From: a virus
Taxonomy: Duplodnaviria; Heunggongvirae; Uroviricota; Caudoviricetes
Strand: one strand, 5' to 3'
IMG/VR virus record: IMGVR_UViG_3300045049_000270
Length of the DNA: 64,000 bases
This document shows positions 48,008-57,509 of the stretch, piece after piece. Every line of letters begins with the position of its first letter. Position 1 is the first letter of the stretch. Made by a program: the position numbers and the translations under genes. Below the pieces are notes generated by a model, which did not search any database, had not been told where the DNA came from, and worked only from the letters and a program-made list of their open reading frames with translations.

Positions 48008-48319
48008 ATGTCAGACGTTATCGAGAACCAAACACCCGCCACTGATGCTGTTGAACCAGCAACAATCAGCGTGATCGACCTGCAGAACGTGGTAAAGATC
48101 ATTGATTATGCGGCTGAACAAGGTGCATTCAAGGGTTGGGAGGTTATTCGGCAAGTTGCAGCCGTTCGCGAAAAGATCAATGTTTTCGTTGAAGCCGCTG
48201 CTGCTGCACAAGCTGCTCAAGAAGAAGCCACAAAGGCTCAGGAAGATGCAGCAAAAACTGAAGCTGCACCAGCTGATGAGATGCCACCTGTAAAGAAGGT
48301 TAAGCGTAAGACCAAGTAA
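48008..48319 (+). CDS. hypothetical phage protein
   Basis: AAGGAG upstream; ISVIDL...IID.AA..GAFKG. Confidence 0.7.
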   Translation: MSDVIENQTPATDAVEPATISVIDLQNVVKIIDYAAEQGAFKGWEVIRQVAAVREKINVFVEAAAAAQAAQEEATKAQEDAAKTEAAPADEMPPVKKVKRKTK

Positions 48320-48385
48320 GCAGTTTCAGATTAGGTTAGGTGAGAAGTCACATTCCACCTAACCTTATTCATAAAGGAATATTTC

Positions 48386-49063
48386 ATGTCAAACATGTTG
48401 AAGCACGTCGGTAAGGTAAAGTCAACCGATCGTCGTTGTGTAGTTGTTTTCATGCAGCTACCAGAAAATCCAGGCCAGTCATTGATTATTGACGTTGAAA
48501 GCCTGACTCCTCGTTTCGAACAGATCATTCGTGAATTAGTTGAAAGTAAGGAAGGCCAGGAAGTTAATGACTTTGCTGAATTCATGACTCGTCGTAACGT
48601 GCCAGAAACGGGCCGTAACGTTCTGAATGAATTCCACGTAAATGGTCTGATGCGGGTTGAACCCATTGATAATATCATCATGGTTCCATTCCCAAATCAA
48701 CCAATTGCACTTGTAGACATTCTTGAAGCAAAGGGCACACTACCAAACGGCTTCAAGCAGAAGCAACAAGCTGAACTTGAAAGCTTCAACGCAGTCGTCA
48801 ATAACTTGAAGGCAATGCGTGAAGAAGAGCGTCTGCAGATGGCACAAAACTTGCTATTCGAAGCCGAACTCATCGAGAATGAAGCACGATCAAAACGTGA
48901 AGAAGCATATCGCGTGGCACCGGAATTGCGTCCAAAGCAGCATGCAACAATCAAGCCAACTGTTGAAATTGCTACTACAACGAGCGAAGCTACACAGCCA
49001 AAGAAGTCAAGCCGTGGTGCCGGTCGTCCAGCTAAGTCAGCAGCAGCCAAGACAGCAGAGTAA
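48386..49063 (+). CDS. hypothetical phage protein
   Basis: AAGGA RBS; LKHVG...CVVVF N-terminus; basic tail. Confidence 0.7.
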   Translation: MSNMLKHVGKVKSTDRRCVVVFMQLPENPGQSLIIDVESLTPRFEQIIRELVESKEGQEVNDFAEFMTRRNVPETGRNVLNEFHVNGLMRVEPIDNIIMVPFPNQPIALVDILEAKGTLPNGFKQKQQAELESFNAVVNNLKAMREEERLQMAQNLLFEAELIENEARSKREEAYRVAPELRPKQHATIKPTVEIATTTSEATQPKKSSRGAGRPAKSAAAKTAE

Positions 49064-49064
49064 T

Positions 49065-49352
49065 ATGCAAGACAAAGTCCAAAGCTTGATTGCACGGATC
49101 ATATCCGAGCGAGAACGCCAGAAGACTTTGCCTGGTTCAGAATGGGACAGCAAAAATTCAGTCAATGACTGGATAGCTATCGCTAGCCACTACTTGAGCC
49201 AACAAGCAAAGCGAAAGGGTTCAACTCGTATCAATCGCGGTGGTACAGTTTCGCAAAATGATTTTGAGGATGATTTGATCAAAGCAGCAGCCGTTATTTT
49301 GGCTGCGCTTGAATATTCTGATCACCTCAAAGATAGTGGCGAGCTGTCCTAA
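49065..49352 (+). CDS. MazG-like all-alpha hypothetical protein
   Basis: ERERQ...NDW...EDDLIKAAAVILAALE. Confidence 0.5.
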   Translation: MQDKVQSLIARIISERERQKTLPGSEWDSKNSVNDWIAIASHYLSQQAKRKGSTRINRGGTVSQNDFEDDLIKAAAVILAALEYSDHLKDSGELS

Positions 49353-49422
49353 GCATGGAAACTTAATATGTCAGCCCCGAACCATTTCGGGGCTTCATAC
49401 CATTAGAAGTAGAGAATTTAAT

Positions 49423-49650
49423 ATGGGTAAGCTCCCCGTTCCTTCCAAGGAACAAATTAGAGCGTATTTTGAGGGCACTACTTTTATGTCCGAAAGTTAC
49501 GTAGCAGATTTAATCGCAACATGCCACGCAGTATTGGTTGAAGTGCAAGAAGAAATGATTTTGCGCGAAAACCATCCCGAATTACAAGCGTTATACGAGC
49601 AATATTGTAAAGCGCTGAAAAATATTAATTCGGTAGATAATGTTCGGTAA
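49423..49650 (+). CDS. hypothetical protein
   Basis: ATG 49423; LRENHPELQALYEQY. Confidence 0.55.
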   Translation: MGKLPVPSKEQIRAYFEGTTFMSESYVADLIATCHAVLVEVQEEMILRENHPELQALYEQYCKALKNINSVDNVR

Positions 49651-49690
49651 CCACCAAGTAAATACTAATGGACACTTTGCGGAGCATATC

Positions 49691-49957
49691 ATGAGCAAGC
49701 CCGACATTATTGACGAAATCATCAGTTCATTGGATCCTGAAACCGTTCCACCAGAATTCATTATTCTGGCTAAAGTTTATACTCACTGGGGAGAAGAACT
49801 GATACTCACTGCTCAAGAGCTTGAAGAGCTTCTTGATACTAATCCTGAAAAAGTGGCTAATGTCAAGATCATCCTTGACGTCCGCAAGATCAGAAAAACC
49901 ATCAACGCCGCAACTGATTCACTTTTCGAAGCTGCCAAGCGTAAGCTCCTCAATTAA
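49691..49957 (+). CDS. hypothetical protein
   Basis: GGAG RBS; TAAATA at 49659. Confidence 0.6.
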   Translation: MSKPDIIDEIISSLDPETVPPEFIILAKVYTHWGEELILTAQELEELLDTNPEKVANVKIILDVRKIRKTINAATDSLFEAAKRKLLN

Positions 49958-49958
49958 T

Positions 49959-50007
49959 TAGACAACCCTCCATTGTTACAATATAATTCGGCAAACAATG
50001 GAGGGTT
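49959..50007 (+). promoter_or_regulatory. sigma70-like promoter with -10 in the loop of a 14-bp inverted repeat
   Basis: TAGACA-N17-TATAAT; AACCCTCCATTGTT/AACAATGGAGGGTT. Confidence 0.55.
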
Positions 50008-50013
50008 TTCTTC

Positions 50014-50298
50014 ATGCAACATCCAAACGATCGAATGATCGAAACGCAAGCTAATCTAATAACGCAGCTTCGCAATCAAATACGTAGTCTTGAATTCCAA
50101 AAAGAACATGCTGAGAAAATTGCGGCTGATTCTTATCAACGCGCCGAATTCTATCGTATTCTAGAATCGTCTATCTCCAACAATGAGAGTCTCAAAGAAT
50201 CTTGGGATGCATTGCTAATTACTTTGAAATTAATTTATCCAGATATTGAGAAAAAATTCAATAACGTGTCATTGACGAGGGGATATGACAGTTTCTAA
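50014..50298 (+). CDS. coiled-coil hypothetical protein, paralogue of next gene
   Basis: FYRILESSISNNESLKESWDALLITLKL. Confidence 0.65.
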   Translation: MQHPNDRMIETQANLITQLRNQIRSLEFQKEHAEKIAADSYQRAEFYRILESSISNNESLKESWDALLITLKLIYPDIEKKFNNVSLTRGYDSF

Positions 50299-50638
50299 AA
50301 CAGCACTACAATATGCTGACGAAATGGACAGTTCACCAGAGCTATTAATCGCAAAGAAAGACGCAGAAATTATCGATCTTAAACGAAAGCTTGCTGCTAT
50401 GGAACGGCAAACAGAAAAAGCAGTTGCCATGTTAGACGAAGCTCGTAAAATTCTTAGTGGAAAATTTATCAAAGCTGATTTCTACGAAGTGATTGAACGC
50501 TGCGTTCGTGAAAATGAATCTGTAAAAGATGCTTGGGCAAACTTGATGTTGGTTATGAAGTTGGTAAATCCGGAGCTCGACAAAGAATTTCAAGGACTAA
50601 TCTTGAAAGATCGCAATAATCAAATGAAGTTAGGTTAA
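50285..50638 (+). CDS. coiled-coil hypothetical protein, paralogue of previous gene
   Basis: FYEVIERCVRENESVKDAWANLMLVMKL. Confidence 0.65.
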   Translation: MTVSKTALQYADEMDSSPELLIAKKDAEIIDLKRKLAAMERQTEKAVAMLDEARKILSGKFIKADFYEVIERCVRENESVKDAWANLMLVMKLVNPELDKEFQGLILKDRNNQMKLG

Positions 50639-50651
50639 GCTGTAGAACAAA

Positions 50652-51173
50652 ATGATAGTTTCAATGATAGTTGCCATTGCTAAAAATGGCTGTATCGGTA
50701 AAGACAATGAATTGCCTTGGCCGAGAATTGCACAAGATATGAAGTGGTTTAAAACTCATACCTCTGATAAGATTGTCCTTATGGGCAGCAACACATGGTA
50801 TAGTTTACCAAAACGTCCGCTTGCAAACAGAATTAACGTAGTAATTTCTTCGAAAAGTGCTACATCATTCTTTGATGGGGATCTCGGAGCTGAGCCCGAC
50901 CATGTGGTAAATGGTACTCCTGAAGAAATCATAACACAGCTTAGGAAGCGTTATCCAGACCACCAAGAGCTCATGATTATTGGTGGTGCCCAGGTATATA
51001 ATCTCTTTGCAAACGTGGCAAATCGTCTATACGTCACTCGTATAGACAAGGAATTCGAAGGGGATTGCTTCTTAAATCTCAACACCACAGATTATCAAGA
51101 TCCATTCTTTTCTCATACCACTAAGGGGGATGACTTCGATATCACATATGAAATAATGGACAAAAAGCTATGA
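50652..51173 (+). CDS. folA: dihydrofolate reductase
   Basis: IGKDNELPW, DMKWFK, MGSNTW.SL..RPL.NR.N.V, IIGGAQVY, EGDCF. Confidence 0.95.
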   Translation: MIVSMIVAIAKNGCIGKDNELPWPRIAQDMKWFKTHTSDKIVLMGSNTWYSLPKRPLANRINVVISSKSATSFFDGDLGAEPDHVVNGTPEEIITQLRKRYPDHQELMIIGGAQVYNLFANVANRLYVTRIDKEFEGDCFLNLNTTDYQDPFFSHTTKGDDFDITYEIMDKKL

Positions 51174-52225
51174 CACATCCAGAACAACAATATCTAAACT
51201 TACTGAAGACCATCATCGAAACCGGTGATGAACGTATGGATCGCACAGGCACTGGAACAATTGCGTTATTTGGGCAACAGATGCGTTTCAACTTGGCTGA
51301 CGGGTTTCCCGCTATAACCACAAAGAAACTCGCATGGAAAGCTATTGTTTCTGAGCTGCTTTGGTTCATTGAAGGGAGTGGCGATGAAAAGCGATTGAAG
51401 GAAATCCTTCATGGCGATCGTAATAGCGAAAAGCAAACAATTTGGACTGGTAATGCCGAAGCTCCATATTGGAAGCCAAAGGCTAAGTTTGAAGGTGACC
51501 TTGGACGAATTTACGGTGTTAACTGGAGAGATTGGAAGCGATATGTTCAGATTTCTCCTGGTGGATCACCTATGGAACACGATGCTCGCTATGTAGAAGG
51601 CGAACCAGTTGATCAACTTATGCAATTGATTGATGGTCTAAAGAAAGATCCGTTTGGTCGACGTCATGTTCTGACTGCTTGGAATCCAGGTGAATTAGAT
51701 CAAATGTCTCTTCCGCCATGTCATATGTTTGCGCAGTTCTTTGTATCGAACTTGAAGATCCAAGAACGTATCGATTTGGCTAGAAAGCTTGGTGGAAAGA
51801 TTTCGATCGCTGATGGATGTGATATCAACAAACATGCAGATAAGATTCACGATACCATCGACGACCTGGCATTGATGCAAAATGTATTCGTACCACGTCG
51901 TAAACTGTCATGTCAGATGTACCAGAGATCGATGGACACCTTCCTTGGGTGTCCATTTAATATCGCAAGTTATTCACTGTTCACACATATGATCGCACAA
52001 GTTTGTGGTATGGGAGTAGGTGAATTTATTCATATTGCTGGCGATGCACATGTTTATTCTAACCATGTCGATCAAGTAAAGGAGCAACTCACCAGAACTC
52101 CTCTGCCACTCCCAACATTGTGGCTGAATCATCAAGTCAAGGATATCACAAAGTTCACAATGGATGACATCAAGCTTATTGGCTACCAATCGCATGATGC
52201 CATCAAAGCGCCTATGGCCGTTTGA
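51170..52225 (+). CDS. thyA: thymidylate synthase
   Basis: DRTGTGT, ELLWF, AWNP, LPPCH, YQRS.D, PFNIASY, DAHVY.NH, IKAPMAV. Confidence 0.96.
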   Translation: MTHPEQQYLNLLKTIIETGDERMDRTGTGTIALFGQQMRFNLADGFPAITTKKLAWKAIVSELLWFIEGSGDEKRLKEILHGDRNSEKQTIWTGNAEAPYWKPKAKFEGDLGRIYGVNWRDWKRYVQISPGGSPMEHDARYVEGEPVDQLMQLIDGLKKDPFGRRHVLTAWNPGELDQMSLPPCHMFAQFFVSNLKIQERIDLARKLGGKISIADGCDINKHADKIHDTIDDLALMQNVFVPRRKLSCQMYQRSMDTFLGCPFNIASYSLFTHMIAQVCGMGVGEFIHIAGDAHVYSNHVDQVKEQLTRTPLPLPTLWLNHQVKDITKFTMDDIKLIGYQSHDAIKAPMAV

Positions 52226-53026
52226 TTTCTAAAATAGAAATGTCTTTGAGGCTGCCTCTAGTATTGGGGCGGCCTCTTTTCACGATAAGTGAAATACAAG
52301 CTAGCGTTACATTAAATATTGCAGCAACAGCCTCCAGGCCATAATGCTGTTAGTCCTACCACATGGCCATATGATTTCATATAGTTTAGTGTAAGGCAAT
52401 TCTTCTGGTTTCAATTTGGCAATGCCACTATTGACACCAGAATTGGCCACACTGATTTTATCTTTGGTTGTTTGGGAATGTGCTTTTCCATAAAACTGAT
52501 TGTTTGTGCCTGTTCTATCTCTACAAGCACCACAGCCACTATTCTTGACTGATATTTTATTGATACCACATATTGGACATAACTTCTTAGAAACTCCACC
52601 ATTTCTCCAATTACCATTTTGAGAACCGATGCGCCCATATTTTTCTTTTCTTCCTTTTTCTCCTAGCTTTTTGTATTTGAGTTCAATGCTAGTTTTCATC
52701 TTAGCTACAATCTTTTCTCTTTCAGGATGTTTGCTAATGATGTCACCACCACTAGCTGGCGCCATATTATATCCACCAATATTTTCATCTAAGTAACGCT
52801 GTTCAACTACTAACAATTGATCTTGTTGTACTTCTTCAACAAATGAAAATTCAAAACTTTCACCACCATCTTTCAACCATGCTCGTTGTAAAAACAAGTT
52901 ATGATGCTTATTAGCATTCAAATCTCGTATATGAGCATTGAGACGCTTGCTTACGTCTTTTGAACTACCATAGTAGATTCTACCATCAAGCTTATTTTGT
53001 ATTTTGTAAATTCCGCTGGTTGCCAT
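52212..53026 (-). mobile_element. GIY-YIG homing endonuclease with NUMOD3 and C-terminal HTH; apparent 1-nt frameshift at 52350-52351 (uncorrected ORF 52307..53026)
   Basis: SGIYKI...IYYGSS...R...H...EQ.YLD...YN; NQFYGKAHS..TK.KIS; adding one A extends the frame by GLEAVAAIFNVTLACISLIVKRG...IKRP* into the thyA end. Confidence 0.85.
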
Positions 53027-53090
53027 ATAATTCCCTCATAATGAGTACAACTATACGGAAAGACCAGAATAAGTCAAGGTTAGTTTGAAC

Positions 53091-53160
53091 CACAATGGAT
53101 GATATCCGCTTGGATGGTTATCAGCACCATCCGCCTATCAAAGCAGATATGGCGGTGTAA
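53091..53160 (+). pseudogene. orphan alternative 3' end of thyA
   Basis: Encodes TMDDIRLDGYQHHPPIKADMAV* versus the thyA end TMDDIKLIGYQSHDAIKAPMAV*. Confidence 0.88.
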
Positions 53161-53175
53161 ACCGTTATTGCTGAA

Positions 53176-53203
53176 GAAAAGGTCCGCATATGCGGGCCTT
53201 TTC
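53176..53203. terminator. bidirectional terminator
   Basis: GAAAAGGTCCGCA-ta-TGCGGGCCTTTTC between convergent units. Confidence 0.75.
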
Positions 53204-53214
53204 TATTTCGCTCA

Positions 53215-53841
53215 TTAAGCTAATGGTGGTGGTGGGGCACCCGTACCACCAGTAAATCTAATCAAATAAGAACGGGAACCACCTGTAATGGAGCTTACAT
53301 TGCTGATTGCACCATAGGAAGTGTAAACACTTCCATTCTGGAATGTACTCGCTACGGAATTCGATAGAGTGAAATTCTCACCAAGACTAGACCAAAAAGT
53401 CACACCATCCAAACTACCATTTTGAACAATTATCGTAACATAGGTGCTGTAACGAATTAATGCGACAATTGTGCCACCTGTAGGGTTTGTATATGGAAAC
53501 CCTCTTTCATTAGGGTTAACTGATGAACCATCCCCAGTAAATCCAGCCGGATTAGAAAAGGTACCACGGTAGATACTGACATTGTTATACAAACCAACAC
53601 ACATTGATGCTGACCAATTGGGATTATCTTGTAGATAATAATTGTATTCGACACATGGAATTCCTAAGCTCTTGCCATACCAATAACTGAAAGCATATTG
53701 CTGACCAGCAGAAACTCCCGCTAATTGACTTAAAGAATAATCACCTGCGTGATCGGAAACCGCACCGTATGGATCACCATCAGCATTAACCTCATTAATA
53801 GCTTGGCCCATACTAATAGGTCCAGAGGTTTGCGTAGTCAT
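53215..53841 (-). CDS. putative tail fibre tip/adhesin
   Basis: MTTQTSGPISM...FSYWYGKS N-terminal module; ATGA-coupled to the chaperone-bearing fibre gene. Confidence 0.55.
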   Translation of the reverse strand: MTTQTSGPISMGQAINEVNADGDPYGAVSDHAGDYSLSQLAGVSAGQQYAFSYWYGKSLGIPCVEYNYYLQDNPNWSASMCVGLYNNVSIYRGTFSNPAGFTGDGSSVNPNERGFPYTNPTGGTIVALIRYSTYVTIIVQNGSLDGVTFWSSLGENFTLSNSVASTFQNGSVYTSYGAISNVSSITGGSRSYLIRFTGGTGAPPPPLA

Positions 53842-55583
53842 TTGTTATCTCCCATCAATTTGGTCAAAATTTGCATCATGTTATCAACTTTATTGTCCAA
53901 CTCCTTAATACCTTCAACCAATAACGCAACCAGTTTGTCATACTTAATTGTTAGGTAATTCTTACCACTAATTGACTTGCCAGTCTTTGGATCAATATCA
54001 AAAGGTGCCGGACCAACTAGCATTGGCGCAACTTGGAATAATTGCTGAGCCAGCAAACCCATATGTTCGGTAGTCGTATCACATCCAGTCAATTCAGATG
54101 CCAATTGATTATGCGTGTAGATGATACCCATAATCTTGCGAATCTTTTCCAATGGCATATCAATCTGGCGAATGTTTTCTTTTAGGCGAGCATCAGAATA
54201 AAAAGCCCAAATGTCATGTGCTGAAAATATCGTACCATTTGCATAAATGTCCCAAAACGATACCGATTGATTAATACCAGTATATGCATAAGGATTATTA
54301 GCAGGTGCTTTTGTATTGATTTGATTCTGTAAGTTTGTGACGTTAGACGATAATTCGTTCAAAGTGATCAAACCACCAAGGTCGGTAGCATCGATCTGAC
54401 AACGCAAGCGTGAACCATCCCATCCCAAGTAAACTTTATTATTGCCTTGAGATGCACCACCACCTTGCTGTACTGGTGTAAATGGAATTTTCACAGCATT
54501 CGCCGCATTAGTAGCAGCAGTTGTGGCAAATGCGGTTGTAGCAATTTGGCTTGAATTATTACCAACTGGAGCAGTTGGAGCCGTTGGTGTGCCGGTCAGA
54601 GCTGGACTATTAATAGGGGCATAGTTGCCAGTCAAATATGTCGTCAAACCAGATGTGGCGGTATTTACGGCCGAAGTTACAAATGCGGTATTGGCGAGAT
54701 TTAGAGAACTATCACCAGCAGGCATTGTTACTGCTGTTGTACGTGAATTACTTACTGCCACCCAACCTAATGCACCATCCGATGCCAATTCTAGTTCTTC
54801 GCCGGCATACATTGTATATGTTGTGGCTTGGGCCGCCTTACCTGCCAAGATGTAATCAGTGCCATTTGCTTGAATTGTAATGGAACCACCGGTCACCAGC
54901 AGAGTGAATACATATGAGGTACCTTGTTGGCATTGCACTGCTGGTGGCAAACTAATAGTAACTCCACTCACTGCCACATTAATGATATGACCAGTTTGTG
55001 ATGAAGTTAAAGTTTTGGTTTGATTTACTGATATGAATGGACGAATATAGTAGTTCTGGGGGTAAGCATAAGTCAGACTAGTTCCCAATCCATTCACCAC
55101 CAGCATCTGTCCTGGCTGACCTAGGGTATTTAATCCTGTACCACCAGCAGCAAAAGGAACAGTTGGAGAGTTGGATGCCGGCATGTACAATTCCGCGGCG
55201 GTAACATAATTAGCTAGGTCTGACTTCAAGGCCACGTTAGCATTTAAACCATTAACGAGTCCACTCAAATTGTTTAAAGCATTCAAAGTGGCATAATTTG
55301 CCAAATCACTTTCATAAGCAATTTGGCTCCATATAGCTGGACCCGTGTAGACAAAAAGTTGTTGAGCAGTGCTATTGTACCAGAGTTGACCAATAAGTGG
55401 TTTGTACGGTTGTGATGGACCAGCAAAGTTTTGCAGTATATTGAGGTCATTTTGAACGACTGCCTGGCCGTAATTGGTTACGCCGCGCCCAATCAAATTC
55501 AATGACGTTTGAGACGTATTGATCTGATCATCTGGTACCGTAAATGTACCATTTACCGGGGTTGAAACCACATAACTTGTCAT
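53838..55583 (-). CDS. tail fibre with C-terminal intramolecular chaperone (peptidase S74)
   Basis: YSDARLKENI...GLLAQ...YDKLVALLVEGIKEL; SPALTGTPTAPT..IATTAF; LQNFA..P...GQLWY; minus-strand TATAAATA at 55614-55621. Confidence 0.88.
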   Translation of the reverse strand: MTSYVVSTPVNGTFTVPDDQINTSQTSLNLIGRGVTNYGQAVVQNDLNILQNFAGPSQPYKPLIGQLWYNSTAQQLFVYTGPAIWSQIAYESDLANYATLNALNNLSGLVNGLNANVALKSDLANYVTAAELYMPASNSPTVPFAAGGTGLNTLGQPGQMLVVNGLGTSLTYAYPQNYYIRPFISVNQTKTLTSSQTGHIINVAVSGVTISLPPAVQCQQGTSYVFTLLVTGGSITIQANGTDYILAGKAAQATTYTMYAGEELELASDGALGWVAVSNSRTTAVTMPAGDSSLNLANTAFVTSAVNTATSGLTTYLTGNYAPINSPALTGTPTAPTAPVGNNSSQIATTAFATTAATNAANAVKIPFTPVQQGGGASQGNNKVYLGWDGSRLRCQIDATDLGGLITLNELSSNVTNLQNQINTKAPANNPYAYTGINQSVSFWDIYANGTIFSAHDIWAFYSDARLKENIRQIDMPLEKIRKIMGIIYTHNQLASELTGCDTTTEHMGLLAQQLFQVAPMLVGPAPFDIDPKTGKSISGKNYLTIKYDKLVALLVEGIKELDNKVDNMMQILTKLMGDNK

Positions 55584-55705
55584 CAGTTACTCCAGGGGAT
55601 TGTAATTATTCTGTATTTATATGAGCATTAAATGCCGAGCCATGTGAAAATAGTAGTTTTGGCGATAAATGTTGTATCATACCAGAATCACAGGAAAATG
55701 GTTTA

Positions 55706-56794
55706 ATGAAACATTATTACCGCATTAATTCTGAAAAATATCAAAATGCCATAGAGGCATGGAGTAGAATCAGAACCTTAGAGCGTGCTGGTGCATATCT
55801 GGATTATGAATTGGTACTTCATGAAGGGAAGTTAGCTAATTATGATTGGACTATACCCGTAGTGACCGATATTCGAATTCTAGAGGAACAATTTGCAACA
55901 AAGATCAGAGAAGAAAACAAATATGTCAGGCTGTTATACAGTGGTGGATCTGATAGCCACTCTATCGCCGATGCATTTTTAAGAAGCGGGAACAGAATTG
56001 ACGAATATGTCATGTATTCATGGGAATCAATGTATGATGATTGTCTAGATTCTCCGTTCAATGTCAATATGAAGATTCGTTGGTTAATGGAATTGCATGA
56101 AAAATACAATATGCCATTTACCAAAATGACCGTGATGGAAGTGGGTCGTGAGATTCACGAAACGTTTTTTGAAAAGAATTGGTATTTGAAACATGCTGGC
56201 CATGCTGGAACCGAAAGTTTCAACGTTAACCATCTAGGTGATATGGCCAAATTCGCCCCCTTACCACCATCAGTGACTGATTATGTGGAAGTTCTTGGTA
56301 AAGAAAAACCACGCATTTTTAGTGATGGCAATGAAATTTGGTACCAGATGAATGATAAGAATACGATGTATTCGGCATCGCCCGAAAGAAATAATATTTG
56401 GTTCTATCTGTCTCCTGAAGCACCGGAACTTATTCGTGCTCAATGCCAAGGAGCCATTGCAGTAGCTCGCGGTTTATTCCCAAACCTACCATTCGCCCAA
56501 GCAATTCATAAACTGCAAAATGATCGCAATTTCTACCATGAGTGGTGTACAAGTGTTGGGCGCGTCACTACTAGGTTTCAGAATTCATTCATTATCAAAA
56601 GTAAGAATGTTGGACAATCACTAACAAACAATCATCGTTACCATCATGTAGATAATTATGCTGCTGATCGAAACCCTACTTGGAAGAACTACGAAGATTA
56701 TATCAATGTGGTTAGGGATTTGAGTGCTGATGGCACAACACTACCTGGAATTAATACACAGAAATTTATATTGGAGAGATTATGTTCACAATAA
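55706..56794 (+). CDS. PP-loop (adenine nucleotide alpha-hydrolase-like) protein
   Basis: RLLYSGGSDS PP-loop motif. Confidence 0.6.
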   Translation: MKHYYRINSEKYQNAIEAWSRIRTLERAGAYLDYELVLHEGKLANYDWTIPVVTDIRILEEQFATKIREENKYVRLLYSGGSDSHSIADAFLRSGNRIDEYVMYSWESMYDDCLDSPFNVNMKIRWLMELHEKYNMPFTKMTVMEVGREIHETFFEKNWYLKHAGHAGTESFNVNHLGDMAKFAPLPPSVTDYVEVLGKEKPRIFSDGNEIWYQMNDKNTMYSASPERNNIWFYLSPEAPELIRAQCQGAIAVARGLFPNLPFAQAIHKLQNDRNFYHEWCTSVGRVTTRFQNSFIIKSKNVGQSLTNNHRYHHVDNYAADRNPTWKNYEDYINVVRDLSADGTTLPGINTQKFILERLCSQ

Positions 56795-57474
56795 TCGGAA
56801 ATATCTCAGGTCTACCGTCCGTAGACGAGATTAGAGCATTGAATGCTAATATGGACCTAGGTTCAACTGACAAACATGAACTTTCGAAAGTTCATGACTT
56901 TGTCAACTTACGTTATAGTACTCAAAATAAAGCTATTGATATCATGGCTGCTCAAACTGGGATTGACAAGTCAAAGATAAAGAACGTCAATGCACCGGGA
57001 TTTCAAAGAGTTGAAATCCCACAATCAGTCATTAACCGCTTAGCTGAAATCATGTGTGTTCGTAAACCTATGGCCAGAATGCAAGTGCTTGAGCCAGGTA
57101 ATATGATGACTATGCATGTTGATGATTTAGCTGTTGGATATATGCGTCCAATCGAGCAATCACTTATTGGAAAAGTAGAATTCACTGAAGAAGAGCATGC
57201 AATGTTTAAAGCCGACAACTACTATGCAATTAGATTCCTCATCATGATGGAAGATTGGCAATGGGGTCAAGGTATGATGTTTAATGATAAAACATTCACA
57301 CACTGGAAAGCAGGAGATGTTCTATATTGGGACTGGACAAATGTCGCTCACTCAACATTCAATTCCGGCTATATTCCACGTGGTTTGTTTAGACTTACTG
57401 GTCTTAGAACAGACAAAACAACAGAAATTGTTAATGCCGGACTGAACGGTAAACCATTCTCGGTGAAGTTTTGA
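56782..57474 (+). CDS. 2OG-Fe(II)/cupin-type oxygenase-like protein
   Basis: PG....HVD...W.AGDV..W....AHST.N.G. Confidence 0.6.
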   Translation: MFTIIGNISGLPSVDEIRALNANMDLGSTDKHELSKVHDFVNLRYSTQNKAIDIMAAQTGIDKSKIKNVNAPGFQRVEIPQSVINRLAEIMCVRKPMARMQVLEPGNMMTMHVDDLAVGYMRPIEQSLIGKVEFTEEEHAMFKADNYYAIRFLIMMEDWQWGQGMMFNDKTFTHWKAGDVLYWDWTNVAHSTFNSGYIPRGLFRLTGLRTDKTTEIVNAGLNGKPFSVKF

Positions 57475-57478
57475 TTGA

Positions 57479-57509
57479 AATAATGGCGAGGGAGATCCTC
57501 GCCATTATT
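57479..57509. terminator. bidirectional terminator
   Basis: AATAATGGCGAGG-gagat-CCTCGCCATTATT. Confidence 0.75.

Noticed and set aside
51745-51900. ThyA insertion as a sign of a dCMP hydroxymethylase or other modified-base synthase
   Set aside because: The dUMP-specifying Asn (PFNIASY) is retained and DHFR is adjacent, consistent with an ordinary thymidylate synthase.
51170-53160. Group I intron in thyA housing the GIY-YIG
   Set aside because: thyA is complete to its own stop, the endonuclease is antisense, and only about 65 bp of flanking non-coding DNA exists, too little for a ribozyme core.
55706-56794. Calling the PP-loop protein QueC
   Set aside because: Only the SGGxDS loop matches; the QueC C-terminal Zn-binding Cys cluster is not evident and the gene is far from the que genes.
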